Source: Macrostomum lignano (taxonomy: Eukaryota). From it: a DNA stretch of 64,000 nucleotides. Positions 12,933-28,746 of this stretch are shown piece after piece; position 1 is the first letter of the stretch, and each line of letters begins with the position of its first letter. Where the stretch lies: assembly GCA_002269645.1 (NCBI GenBank), contig NIVC01002396.1, positions 1 through 64,000 of the forward strand, given 5' to 3'. A program made the position numbers and the translations under genes. Under the pieces are notes generated by a model. That model was not told the origin of the DNA. It ran no database searches and saw only the letters and a list, made by a program, of their open reading frames with translations.

Positions 12933-13428
12933 ACACCGGTTTAAATAAAAAAACATCCTGATTTTAAATCGAATATAAATAAAGAACTCCATTGCTCTCA
13001 AGTGTTACTGAATTATTAGTTAAAGCCATCAATAGCGCCATATCAGTAATTGTATTCCGGTTATGCAAAATACAAATTAATTTCTTTTATTATATTTTAC
13101 TGTTAATGCTTCAATAAACATAAATTTAGCATGGCATAGTGTAATAGAGGTTATAACACAACCAGGGGCCACTGCTATTTAGCAAAGAGCAGAAATATAA
13201 TTATATAACACCCAAGCAAGAGTCAGAAGCAACGCATCCAATCAAAGTTTGAACAGAGAAGAACAAAGGAAATAACAGATAAACAGCTACGCAAGGACAG
13301 AGTATCAGCACTATGATGAAGAAGCTATGCAAACCGGACAGCATCTGCTTTAGAGAAGAAATGAAACAGATCGTAAAAAATATATGCTTGACGACAAGAT
13401 AAAAAGAATAACTTAGGAAACAAAACTA

Positions 13429-14586
13429 TTGGAACTGGGATGCTGAAGCTATGGAATTGGGATGGTGAAGTTGTGGAACTGGGATGCTGAAGCTATGGAA
13501 TTGGGATGGTGAAGTTGTGGAACTGGGATGCTGAAGCTATGGAATTGGGATGGTGAAGTTGTGGAACTGGGATGCTGAAGCTATGGAATTGGGATGGTGA
13601 AGTTGTGGAACTGGGATGCTGAAGCTATGGAATTGGGATGGTGAAGTTGTGGAACTGGGATGCTGAAGCTATGGAATTGGGATGGTGAAGTTGTGGAACT
13701 GGGATGCTGAAGCTATGGAATTGGGATGGTGAAGATGTGGAACTGGGATGCTGAAGCTATGGAATTGGGATGGTGAAGTTGTGGAACTGGGATGCTGAAG
13801 CTATGGAATTGGGATGGTGAAGATGTGGAACTGGGATGCTGAAGCTATGGAATTGGGATGGTGAAGATGTGGAACTGGGATGCTGAAGCTATGGAATTGG
13901 GATGGTGAAGTTGTGGAACTGGGATGCTGAAGCTATGGAATTGGGATGGTGAAGATGTGGAACTGGGATGCTGAAGCTATGGAACTGGGATGGTGAAGTT
14001 GTGGAACCGGGATGCTGAAGCTATGGAATTGGGATGGTGAAGTTGTGGAACTGGGATGTTGAAGTTATGGAACTGGGATGCTGGGTTTATGGAACTGGGA
14101 TGCTGGGTTTATGGAACTGGGATGCTGGGTTTATGGAACTGGGATGTTGAAGTTATGGAACTGGGATGCTGGGTTTATGGAACTGGGATGCTGGGTTTAT
14201 GGAACTGGGATGCTGGGTTTATGGAACTGGGATTCTGAAGTTATGGAACTGGGATTCTGAGATTATGGAAATGGGATTCTGAAGTTATGGAACTGGGATG
14301 CTGGGGTTATGGAACTGGGATTCTGAGATTATGGAACTGGGATTTTGAAGTTATGGAACTGGGATTCTGAAGTTATGGAACTGGGATTCTGAGATTATGG
14401 AACTGGGATTCTGAAGTTATGGAACTGGGGTGCTGAAGCTATAGAACTGGGATTCTGAAGCTATGGAACTGGGATGCTGAAGCTATGGAACTGGGATTCT
14501 GAAGTTATGGAACTGGGGTGCTGAAGCTATAGAACTGGGATTCTGAAGCTATGGAACTGGGATGCTGAAGCTATGGAACTGGGATT
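13429..14586 (+). repeat. Minisatellite, 22 bp monomer / 44 bp dimer (GGAACTGGGATGCTGAAGCTAT)
   Basis: The first half alternates two monomer variants; the second half has drifted variants. Confidence 0.93.
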
Positions 14587-15000
14587 CCTAAAGTTTTAAA
14601 TAAAAATCTAGTTTAACAGCACAGCAGGGGTAAAGCATAGAAGTGAGAAAAACACAAGCAGCTCTCAATTGTATAAGCATTAACAGCAGAGTCTGACTAG
14701 CCAAATATAGTGACGGCTTTAAAAGATTAAAAAAAGAAGTGGTTAATTAATAGAAGATCATAGCCGGCAATAGATAGGAATGCGCTCTTTCACTAATAGT
14801 GCATCGCCAATAAAATTTGTTCTAGAATGTCAGACACATGAGAGCTCTAGGCCACATTGCCCTAAGATTGTGAATTAAAATTATATATAATTAATAAACA
14901 GTTTATGATATGACTATTAATTTAGTTTATGTTAGAAAAGTATTTTTATCATAATTTAGAAACTAGGCTTTTTCTTAACCTTGGAGACATTATTTAAACT

Positions 15001-16235
15001 AATTGAACTGGACCGCACATTGTGTCTCTCTCTGAATTGAACTCATTGGACTGGACCGCATCATTGTGTCTCTCTGAATTGAACTAATTGAACTGGACCG
15101 CACATTGTGTCTCTCTCTGAATTGAACTAATTGAACTGGACCGCATCATTGTGTCTCTCTCTGAATTGAACTAATTGAACTGGACCGCATCATTGTGTCT
15201 CTCTCTGAATTGAACTAATTGGACTGGACCGCATCATTGTGTCTCTCTGAATTGAACTAATTGGACTGGACCGCATCATTGTGTCTCTCTGAATTGAACT
15301 AATTGAACTGGACCGCATCATTGTGTCTCTCTCTGAATTGAACTAATTGAACTGGACCGCATCATTGTGTCTCTCTCTGAATTGAACTAATTGAACTGGA
15401 CCGCATCATTGTGTCTCTCTCTGAATTGAACTAATTGGACTGGACCGCATCATTGTGTCTCTCTCTGAATTGAACTAATTGAACTGGACCGCATCATTGT
15501 GTCTCTCTGAATTGAACTAATTGAACTGGACCGCACATTGTGTCTCTCTCTGAATTGAACTAATTGAACTGGACCGCATCATTGTGTCTCTCTCTGAATT
15601 GAACTAATTGAACTGGACCGCATCATTGTGTCTCTCTCTGAATTGAACTAATTGGACTGGACCGCATCATTGTGTCTCTCTGAATTGAACTAATTGGACT
15701 GGACCGCATCATTGTGTCTCTCTGAATTGAACTAATTGAACTGGACCGCATCATTGTGTCTCTCTCTGAATTGAACTAATTGAACTGGACCGCATCATTG
15801 TGTCTCTCTCTGAATTGAACTAATTGAACTGGACCGCATCATTGTGTCTCTCTCTGAATTGAACTAATTGGACTGGACCGCATCATTGTGTCTCTCTCTG
15901 AATTGAACTAATTGAACTGGACCGCATCATTGTGTCTCTCTCTGAATTGAACTAATTGGACTGGACCGCATCATTGTGTCTCTCTGAATTGAACTAATTG
16001 AACTGGACCGCATCATTGTGTCTCTCTCTGAATTGAACTAATTGGACTGGACCGCATCATTGTGTCTCTCTGAATTGAACTAATTGAACTGGACCGCACA
16101 TTGTGTCTCTCTCTGAATTGAACTAATTGAACTGGACCGCATCATTGTGTCTCTCTGAATTGAACTAATTGAACTGGACCGCATCATTGTGTCTCTCTGA
16201 ATTGAACTAATTGAACTGGACCGCATCATTGTGTC
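15001..16235 (+). repeat. Minisatellite, 44-46 bp unit (GAATTGAACTAATTGAACTGGACCGCATCATTGTGTCTCTCTCT)
   Basis: About 27 tandem copies just downstream of the ALG5 stop. Confidence 0.94.
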
Positions 16236-16321
16236 TGGTGCAACCCAAGCCATTAGCAAATGAGCAGAATATCCCCTACTTACGCAATAAGCACAGAGTC
16301 TCAAAGAACCCAAAGCTCCCG

Positions 16322-18944
<2,623 letters not shown>

Positions 18945-19559
18945 CGCGTGCACTGACAGGGGTCAATGAATTGAAACTTGAAAATGTAAATTCACAGTTA
19001 GTGCGTAATTTTGTCAAGCTGGATGAACTGAAAATATTAACCATTGAATTTTTTCACTTTTGGCTTGTCAACACAATTGGCCATTTTGTTAGCATTGAAG
19101 ATAAAATTAATGTATATCTAGATTGTCACAATATTTATCAATCCATCTCTCTAAACTTAATGCTTGGTATTCCTAGGAAAAATAGTGATAATCGGTCTGG
19201 TGCTACAAGCTACCAATAATATACAAGGGATGCTGATAAAGTTTCCAGACTTGCTATATTGGCACTTTATGGCTAGCTGAAAATTTATTCATTTGGAGTT
19301 TGACCATAAACAAGTAGCTTGCTTCAATTTTGTGAGATTTGTGAGAAATGGGTGTCTTGTGAATTGATATCGGAACACAACTGATCTGCTTTTAAGAGCC
19401 ATATGCCATTGTCTGTATAGTCACACTGTGTCCCATCTCAATTCAAAGCCAATGTAGCTAGCCCAATCTAGCCATATTTCTCTTTTTCTCTTCAGCCATT
19501 CTAGTGTGTAGCAAAAGTGGCTTTGATCTTTGTAGCCATTGGGATAATGGACTAGTGTT

Positions 19560-20600
19560 GGCCTTGCAAGAGTGCAACAATTGCATATTTTGCAAACTTT
19601 TTTGTGCATTTGTTGATATTGGCAACAAAAATCTCAAAGAGCATCTATACTATGGGTCTGCGAATGCCAAGTACATCAGCTAGCTGATCTAGAATGAGTT
19701 GATTGAGTGCCTTGGTGAAGTTGTGCTGGATCAGCTACATGAGAAAATCAACAATTTAGAGTTTGTGTCTATTCTTGCTAACAAGACAATAAATTTGTCT
19801 AGGCAGGTGCAGATGACAATTTGTATTTACTATGTCCATAATTATTCATTTTTAGACTTTCTGCAGTTTTCTTATGCAGAAGATACGAGTGGTAAAGGAC
19901 TTGCCAATCAGATTTTAAGTGACAAGTAGTCAGCAATTTGACTAGCTCTGGGACAAAATAGAGACAATTTTAGCCAATCTAGAAGTAGACATTGTGCCTC
20001 TACAACATACTGCAAAATAGTGTCATTGAGCTAATACTATAGCATCCACTTTAAAGGACAATTGGCAATTGAATGTCTAAATTCCATTTTGGACTTAATA
20101 CTTTTATGAACTTTAATGACTGCTTTAAAGATTTTAATTCAATTGCCAAAGGTTTCTTTGCTCTTTTACTAAATGAGTCGTAAGAAATATAACTTTTCTT
20201 ATTTAGCTAATGCATTGGCTCATTTCCTGCTATACCTGTCTACCAACAAGATGGAGTTTGTAGAAGCCAAGTTTTGTTTGTGGCAATGCATGTGGCAGAA
20301 TAAGAATGAAGGAATGCCTTGGCCAAGTACTATCACAGATTGTTTACACAGTTGTGACAAGATGTGTTTCCCAAATACACATTATTTTCTTTTAATTTAT
20401 GCAATGCTGCTAGTATTGACTGCCAAAGGAGAGCAATCTTTTTTGACATTTAAGTTCATAAAGAACTACTTATGCAGGAAAATGGGTAAAGAGCTGCAGA
20501 GCAATTAGATGGGCTTGCATTAGTATTTGTGCACTAATAGCTACTTTCAAATGTACTCAAAGTTATCCAGTCAATAATAAAAAAGTTTCTAGAAAAAGGC
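19560..20600 (+). pseudogene. Decayed hAT transposase (ZMYM1/Tip100-like) remnant
   Basis: LIECLGEVVLDQL...FVSILANKTINLSRQVQMTICIYYV...FLDF...EDTSGKGLANQIL resembles the hAT SILADETTD region. FPNTHYFLLIYAML.V.TAKGEQSFLTFKFIKNYL...MG resembles the hATC dimerisation domain. Many stops and shifts. Confidence 0.8.
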
Positions 20601-22269
20601 CAATCTTGACAAGCAAAATTCTAAATGAGAACAGCATGTTTCTTTGCTTTTTAACTATTGTACAGCATATTGCTTGATCAGTGACTTGACAATTCAAATA
20701 TAGCATTTTGTATAGTGACAATATACAATATTGTGTTTGAGTGCTACAGGGTTAGGATTTTGATTCTATTCATATCTGCTTTAAGAATGGAGATCACAGA
20801 CAATAGTTAGGCAATAGTATAGTGATAATAGGTATATATTAGCTTAGTACGTTGTCTATGTTAATATCTCTAGTTTAAAGCTTCTTTCTATGTCATATCA
20901 TATGACTATATTAGCTTGTATATATTGGCTAATTGGCTAGTAGAGCAGCTTTATTATCATATAGTTTTAATATTATATTTATCCCCAATTCTCTAATAGT
21001 CTGCCCTTTGAAAAACCCTAGTTGTACCACTAAAATCACCTTTTGTACCCATCATTTATGTTAAATTTCTGTGAGTGTACCCTAGAAATCTCTGGCCTAT
21101 ATATGGTATATGCTTTCTTCCTATGGACTTAATAAGAATTCTTAGAATGACTATAAATTTTTACAATTAACTGAAATGTTATGAAGGTTTATAAACTGAC
21201 TAAATAGGTTATTGTTTCTTTGTTTTAACTTTCAACCAAAGTAGATAAAAATTGCAAAAATGGTAAGCTACAGTCTAGAAAATTTTGCTATATACTTTCT
21301 ATGATTTAATAATAATAATATATGTTTTTATTATTAGAATAGAAATATTTTAAGTGCTACTAAACAATATGCTATAAGATATGAACCCTAATATAACTTC
21401 AATGGGGTTATATCTAACAATAGCTATAAGATAATTTGTAATATGAGTTAAAGATAAAGTCAAGACATTTCTTGTGATTTTATGATTTTTTACAATTTTA
21501 CAATTTAACAATTATAAATTTTATGATTTTATAATAAATAAGATTAAAAAAATATATTTCCTCAAAGAGCTTTATAATAATTTCCATAGTTGTTTACTCT
21601 ACTAGACACTGGAAGGTTACATGTATACTGGAAAATTCTGGCGTACAAATGACCTCTTTCAAAGTTGGTATACAAATTTTAGCATACAAATTCATGCAAT
21701 TTTTTGACATGCAAATTTTGGCACACAAATTGATGCCAATTTTTTGGTGAACCAATTTGGGTGAATAAATTCATGCTGTGCATGAAAATTGTAATGTAAA
21801 TTAAGGTTTTTATGTAAAATAATGGAAAATTTACAGTCTAAAAAGTTAGAAATAAACTTTTTGCTTTTTTAAAATTATGCATAAATAAAATTAGTATAAA
21901 TTATGACTAAGAATATAAATTTTGCATTATTATTTCTGTAGGTTTAATTTAAGTTCTTAAAGACACTCTACTTGTGAAAACTGAATGACCTTTTTAGGTG
22001 GAATTTTAGGCATATATTTTAGGGAAATTTTTTGCTTTTAGCATACACTGGCATACATTTAGCTGAGATAGGATTCTTGTTCCAGTATACACTACTACAT
22101 GATCCAGACCCTGACTACTCTAATGCTTATGGCTATATTTTCAGTGACTACTAGTACATTTGGCAATTTTCTACTTTACTGCATTGAAATATTTTCATAT
22201 GAAAAGTAATAAAATATGAAGTCATTAGTCATTAGTATCAATAATAGTGACATTACCTAATACAAAAAG

Positions 22270-22506
22270 TTCCCAAACACTTTTGGTAATGGGAAAAGGC
22301 AGCACCATAGGCACAAGTACTCATTGAGATAGGTGTCAAACAGGGCATCACTAGTGCTATGTACTAGAGTGAATTTGGCCTTGATGCCTGCCCATGACCC
22401 CTCAATGGTGTTCATATGGACAGTCAAGTTGTCATGTGGGTCCAGAAAATAGAGTTGGTGATTGATATCTATGTGATTCTACAAGCCATTATAGGCCTAC
22501 CATTTG
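22270..22506 (-). pseudogene. Fossil Merlin (IS1016/ISXO2-like) transposase fragment
   Basis: Reverse translation KW*AYNGL*NHIDINHQLYFLDP..LTVHMNTIEGSWAGIKAK....HSTSDALFDTYLNEYL..WCC.F...FGNFLY is colinear with the Merlin ORF at 28047-28577. Confidence 0.75.
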
Positions 22507-23206
22507 TTCCAGGGTTTTTTTTGTGCGCAGAATGTGCATATGTACCCTAAATTTTAAAATCGCACCATGAAATTAAAAAAGTAGGTGCAGTTTAGGTGCA
22601 GTCTTATAACCATTTTTCTTTAAACACTTAACTATGCTTAAGTTATTTTTCATGCACTGCCTTAAAATATGAAACAAAATATCTCTTTAAATCCTATTAA
22701 GTCATATAGCCTATGGCTATAGCCTTGTGTAAGATATTAAAATATATGAAAAATTATATAAAAATAAAATGATCTTTCATCACATTAAATTTGGCCTTTT
22801 TGATCAATGATGAATGATGATAAATTATCTAGTATATTAGTATAAACTTCAACTTTTTTAATTTTGACATCTTCACTCTTGACTCTTTGGAGTCTTCACT
22901 CTTTCTTAGAATGTTAAGTATTAAGCGGTAGCCTTGTGTTTATTTAGTTGTATATATAATCTATAGATATAATACAAATGCAAATTATAAGAATCTAAAG
23001 GTCTATCTAATCATAAGCTCTACTGAAGTAAAGTATTTAATTCAAGTTCATAAATTTATCATATTCATAATCTAATAGCCTAAGGCTTATATCCACAATT
23101 AAATCATAGATAATCAATAGGCCTAGAATAGATAAATAAAATCAATAGATAGACTATCTATAAGGACTAATGCCAATTTCTATTGTTTGTGTAGTAGTTA
23201 GTTATA

Positions 23207-24526
23207 CGAGGGCTGCTTAATAAGTTCGCGGAAAACCAAACTTATCTTCAAGCGAATCAAACAAAATTTTATGAACTTTTTCCTTCAGATATTGGCACCT
23301 TTCACACAAATTTTCAGCCAGTTTGGCCAAAATGTTGCGACACAGTGGCCGAATAAGTGATGAAACCCCCGCTCCAGTGCTGCGCCTGACTGAGCGCGAC
23401 AGGCGAGTCGCAATTCTGGTCCAATTCCGGCTTGGCCTGTCTGCCTCCGAATGCTTGCAGACACTTCAAAAGGCCCTTGAGAGTGAAGCCCCATCCCAGA
23501 CGATGGTGTACAAGTGGTTCGGTCGATTCCGCTCTGGCTGTCTGGAGCTGGACGATGATGAACATGAAGGCCGTCCAAATTCGTCCATCTCGGACACGAC
23601 TGTGGCCAGTGTCCGAAAGCTGCTCGATGCAGACCGCCGAGTGACGATTCGGGAAATTGAAAAACATGTCGGGATTTCGGATTCAAGCGTCATTACTATC
23701 TTGCACGATCACCTCGGCATGAGGAAGGTGTCAGCTCGCTGGGTCCCTCATCAACTGAAGCCGGCTCAGATGCAGGCCCGCGTGGATTTTGCGAATTTCA
23801 TGCTCGACAAGTTCGACGCAGGCGCCTTAAATTTGGTGGACGGCATCCTCACAGGTGATGAAACGTGGGTGTACTTTTATGATCCCGAGACAAAAGTACA
23901 GAGCAAGCAGTGGGTCGCCTTTGAGGAGGATTCGCCCTTGAAATTTCGTCGCGAGCGAAGCGTCGGCAAAGTGATGGCTGCGGTGTTTTTCCGTCGGTGC
24001 GGAATTCTGCCTCCCTTTTTGCTCGAGGAGGGAGCCACAGTGACTGGCAGCTGGTACTCCAGTGTCTGCCTGCCGCAGGAGCTGGAATTCCTGCGTCGAG
24101 AGCGGCCAAAGACCAGAGATCGCGGCATTTTCCTGCACCACGACAACGCGCCCGCTCACAGAGCCAGTGTCACGCAGCAGTTCTTGGCATCAACTGAGCT
24201 GACTCTGCTGCCGCATCCGGCCTACTCGCCCGACCTCGCGCCTGCAGACTTCTTTCTCTTTCCGAAGATCAAGAAAAATCTGAAGGGGAAGCGCTTCGAC
24301 ACTCGTGAGGAGCTGGAACAGGCGTTGAATGCGGAGCTGAAAGCCGTCACAAAGGCGGAATTGAGGGACTGCTTTGCGGCGTGGTTTCATCGGATGAAGA
24401 AATGCGTTGATCTGGCTGGGGACTATGTTGAGAAGTGCCATTAGGTTGGGCTAAGTGTGTGCAAAATACTACGACTGTGCGATAACTATAAGTATGTTTT
24501 TCCACGAACTTATTAAGCAGCCCTCG
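23207..24526 (+). mobile_element. Complete mariner (Tc1/mariner DD34D) element, 1320 bp
   Basis: TIRs CGAGGGCTGCTTAATAAGTTCG[C/T]GGAAAA at both ends (one mismatch); TA at 23205-23206 and 24527-24528. Confidence 0.95.
23332..24444 (+). CDS. Mariner transposase, intact
   Basis: HTH region, WVPHQL, TGDETW, HDNAPAH, YSPDLAPAD. Counted 34 residues between the second and third D. First ATG at 23332. Confidence 0.93.
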   Translation: MLRHSGRISDETPAPVLRLTERDRRVAILVQFRLGLSASECLQTLQKALESEAPSQTMVYKWFGRFRSGCLELDDDEHEGRPNSSISDTTVASVRKLLDADRRVTIREIEKHVGISDSSVITILHDHLGMRKVSARWVPHQLKPAQMQARVDFANFMLDKFDAGALNLVDGILTGDETWVYFYDPETKVQSKQWVAFEEDSPLKFRRERSVGKVMAAVFFRRCGILPPFLLEEGATVTGSWYSSVCLPQELEFLRRERPKTRDRGIFLHHDNAPAHRASVTQQFLASTELTLLPHPAYSPDLAPADFFLFPKIKKNLKGKRFDTREELEQALNAELKAVTKAELRDCFAAWFHRMKKCVDLAGDYVEKCH

Positions 24527-27433
24527 TAAGTTAAAGTTATCAATCATAAATTATAAGTCAAAAAGACTGTTAGAGTCTGGATATAACATAATCAGTGAGC
24601 TTCTATTGCAAAAATGTTTGAGTAGGCAGTAGGCCCAAATTACATTTACTTTATTTTTTTATTTTTAGTATATTTAGATTATTTACAATTATTATAAAAT
24701 TATTGTAAAATAATTGTAACAGTAAAATTATAAAATTATATTTAAATTACTACTTAACTGTACTATATGATGTCTATGCTAGGCATATGTATGTACAATA
24801 ATATTATAATATTAATAGTATACATACAATACTAATATTTATACTATTATTAATTTATTATATATTATTTACTTTGAGTCTATATATAGTTATGGCTAAT
24901 AGTAAATTAAAGTAGACTTAGACTAAATAGTATTAGTATTTTTAGTATATTTTAATATAATAATATAACAAATCAACTACAAACTAATCTATCTTATATT
25001 GTTATAATCTAAAAACCTTTTATTAAACTAGACATATAGAATGTCTTTATGTTATATGTATTAATAATAATATGTCTTTAACTGTTTTAATGCCAGATTT
25101 GATATATATATATAGCCTTGTTTAGTCTATAATACTTTTATTTTATAATACTTTTACTACAAGAGTTTCCTGTATGATCAAGCCTTTGCATTGTGGGAGC
25201 ACAGTGCCCAACAAAAGCGCTACCAGCTATTGGAACTCGATGTCAACGAGTTTGTCAATGCCATGGCCCATGACATGAAGGAATAAGCATTTAACTCAGG
25301 CTCAATGAGCATTTTACTCAATTAGCTTGCTGGGGAGATTGCTAAGATGTTAAGGCTTGTGGGGAATCGTGTAGATGTCAAGGATTGCTATGGTTATTGA
25401 TGAGATGTCAAGGCTTTTGGGAGAATTGCATTGGAGTCAAGGCAAATAGGATTTACATAAATTATTTTGTCCCTTACTTATTGGGTGCACCGAAGTGGGC
25501 ACTAGATTGCTAGTGTCTTCCTAATTGTCTATGCAGTGAGTCAGTGACTCTGCTCAATGATCATGTATTCCTTGAAAAGTAGTCTTTTTGCTTCGATTTC
25601 TTTGATTATCTTCAGGAGTTCTAACTCCAACTCAAGGTTTGCAAATTAAAGCATTATCAATCTCTTGAATGCTTTGAATTTTTACCTTTAACTTTCATTT
25701 TTATCCTAGTTGTCACAGTGTTGGTAGTTGGATTGGAACTATCTATCATCTACGACTACATATTTACTCTATAGCTAGCTAGAGTTTTGCTGTGTACATA
25801 ATTTACTAGCGCCTTAAACTGCATAGACGTATAGTAGAATTTTTATTAAATTCAACATCCAGTAGGTAAATAAAAAGGTAGAATAGCAAGGAAAAATATT
25901 GACTGTTAAAGTTGTTAGACGGTAAATTCTACATTTTTTATTTCTTTTCCTCTGCAAATATAGCTGGAAAACATTCTTTTAATGTGTAAGAGTATATTTT
26001 CAATAGTGTACTATGCACACAGCATTGCATGTAAAATGTAACAGTGGAGCTGCCACTCAATCAGCTTGAGCTGTGTCAATCCAATTGATAATGATATGCT
26101 GTTTATCTATGCTATGCTGAATCCAATTCTAGTCCCACCAGGCCCACTTCCATGTTATCCAAGAGGAATGGATGTAGGTAAGCCAGCCTGTTGAAGCCTG
26201 TCTCCAGAACTCTTGAACACGAAGCCTTATAAGTGTGCAGGGCCCCTCCTGATTTCTTTATAAAATAGTCACTGTTTAGTCAATTTGAATTCATGCCAAA
26301 ACTAAGAAACATATTTTGTTTTAATACTCATATTTTTCATAATATTTTACACAAACTAATTTTTGTTTTAACTAGCAGTAAATTTTAGTATAAACAGAGC
26401 ATTTTTGGTGGAGGAGAGACCAATCTTGCGCATCGCAGTTCAATAACAAAACAGTCATATCGAAGAATAATAGTTCCAAGAAAATAAGAATTGAAGAAGT
26501 GTTTTCTATGTTAATTCTTTTTAAGAAGTAAGAGTGAAATAGACTGAAGTGTATACAGTACATACTATTAAGAAGCAGCAGTATTAAATAGTGAGAGAAT
26601 ACGAAGTAGATCTGAAGTGATACATGTAAGAATAACCGGAGGCTGTGACCCTCTGATCTCAGTAACGCCCAAGGACTTGCAAAGTACATGGAATACATAT
26701 ACCAGTATAGCCAATAGACCACTCAGGCCAAAAGTTCAGTAAACGCTACCGGAATCAGAATAAACGCTACCAGAATAACAGAGGAGTAAAATCTTTCAGG
26801 GCTAATAGTTTTCTAGGAATAATACTAAGACTAAATACTCAGACTAAATACTCAGACCTATTCTAAGAAATATTCTCAGACTTATTCTAAGATTAATAAA
26901 ATCATAATTTATTAATAGAATAGTCTTGGTGGCAGCTACCAACATTAATAAAAACAGGAATTTAGCCCTTTGACAACTTTAGTGATGGCTGTGAAATCAT
27001 TTGAAGAGACAGAAGAATCAGCCCTTTGACAACTTGGTTGCAGCAGTAGGATAATTTCAGTGAGAGCAATTACGCCTTCGACAACTTGGTGGCAGCGGTG
27101 GGATTGTTCATAAAGACAGAGGAAAACCCACTGTAACACAAGCTGAAGGCTTATTCTAAAATGAAAAAACGGGAGAATAGATACAAAGTAGCAACTTCTT
27201 TGTTTTAGTATTTTTTATCATGTTACTATTTATCAAAGCAGCGATCTGAAGACGAGATAACAGACAAGAGGTCAAGGCATTCTTTGTACAAAGATGTATA
27301 GACATAAGACATGTCTATATATTCCCAGTTGTCTGAAACAAGACTCAAGAGAAATTGCACTCTGAGCCTTAAAATCGCAACTTGAAATTTGGCACAAGGT
27401 GCAATTTTGCACCTTGTCTCTGGCAAAAAAAAC

Positions 27434-27828
27434 TAGAGGTCGGACAAGCAGAAAATTTTGGTCGGGCGTGAAATTTCGTGAAATTTTCAAAGTCGGGCGT
27501 GATTGTGAATTTATATTTGCATACAGGTATTTTTAGCTTGTAAGTTACAAGTGTTGAAAAAAACAAAACAAGAAAAGAAATATTTATAAATTCATAAAAG
27601 CTACTTAGTAATGCTGTCAAGTCAACAAATTTAAAATTTATTACTCTTTTACATATTTGTGTTCACATATTTTGGTAAACCAAGTAGAAAAGTATACTTC
27701 TAATAAAAATGTAATAAAGTGGAAATTCACAACTGTCGTGAATGGGTTTCAAGGAAATCATAATCGTAAAAAAAATAGTTGTGAATTCACAAAATCGTGA
27801 TCACGATTGTGATCACGTCTGACCCCTA
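27434..27828. mobile_element. Putative hAT-type MITE, about 395 bp
   Basis: Ends TAGAGGTCGGAC / GTCTGACCCCTA (10/12 inverted match), flanked by near-identical A-rich 8-mers (AAAAAAAC / AAAAAACC); internal GTGA-rich short repeats. Confidence 0.5.
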
Positions 27829-27981
27829 AAAAAACCTAGCATTTGTCAATTAGTATAGGATGAAAAATTTGTAAAAACATGTAAATAATTTAGTGCAGTA
27901 AACTAGAATATTGCATACATTTAAGCTTCTATAGTAAAATTTTAAAAAAAAAACTAATAAATATATAAAATAACCAACATT

Positions 27982-28746
27982 GGACTATCCTGCATTTTCG
28001 TTCGTTAAATTATTTTTTCATTTTTTCAGCCACACTGCACATCCACATGGCGGGTCATCCAGCTGCTCCCACTACTATTATCCCACCAGCTGAGATAAGA
28101 CCTACTGCGGAACTATGCAACCTGCCGCTCATAAGGATGCGGGACCATGTCAGCAACTATCGTGAAGGCCACTGGGTGCTTGGAATGGTAGAGCGTGGCA
28201 GTAACAAATGCATGATGGTGGTGGTTGAGAATCGACATGCCGAAACACTGCTGCCTATTCTGCAGCAGTATATCCTGCCCAGTTCCCGAGTCATCACTGA
28301 CAGATGGCAGTCGTACAACGGCCTTGCTGCCATGGGCTTCAACCATGCGAGTGTCAACCATCGACTCAATTTCGTGGACCCACAGGACCCGACAGTGCAC
28401 ACCAACACAATCAAGGGCAGCTGGGCGCACTGCAAGGCCAAGCTGCATCAGGGGCATGGTACCAGCGATGGGCTCTTTGAGTCGCACCTGCAGGAGTTCC
28501 TGTGGCGCCGGCTCTACCCAAATGAGCATCATTTTGGCAACTTTCTGTACTGGGTGACCCATTACTACCCACTGTAATCCGGAGACTAACATTTAAACTG
28601 ACTTGACTATAACAAACTTTCTTAAACTTTTTGGGTGTTCTGTATGTCCCATAATATTTTTTATTGCCTGTGCTGAACTCGTGAGATCATGTAAAATTAA
28701 TTCCACGTGAAAAAATAATTTAACGAACGAAAATGCAGGATAGCCC
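27982..28746 (+). mobile_element. Internally deleted Merlin DNA transposon
   Basis: 39-bp TIRs GG[A/G]CTATCCTGCATTTTCGTTCGTTAAATTATTTTTTCA; flanking direct repeat (C)AACATT. ORF 28047-28577 has WVLGMVER, ITDRWQSYNGL, VNH..NFVDP, HTNTIKGSW but lacks the N-terminal VEIDES region. Confidence 0.88.

Noticed and set aside
15001-16235. CRISPR-like regular array (also considered for 7135-8240, 11900-12932 and 30575-31123)
   Set aside because: Units are directly tandem with no unique spacers, no cas genes are present, and the context is eukaryotic.
19222-19400. Possible decayed mariner end (TACAAGGGATGCTGATAAAGTTT)
   Set aside because: Resembles a TACGAGGG-type TIR after CpG loss, but no partner TIR or transposase remnant was found.
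25150-26290. Coding-like, CpG-depleted fragments (possible FLYWCH or other TE remnant)
   Set aside because: Motif matches too weak and too broken to support a call.
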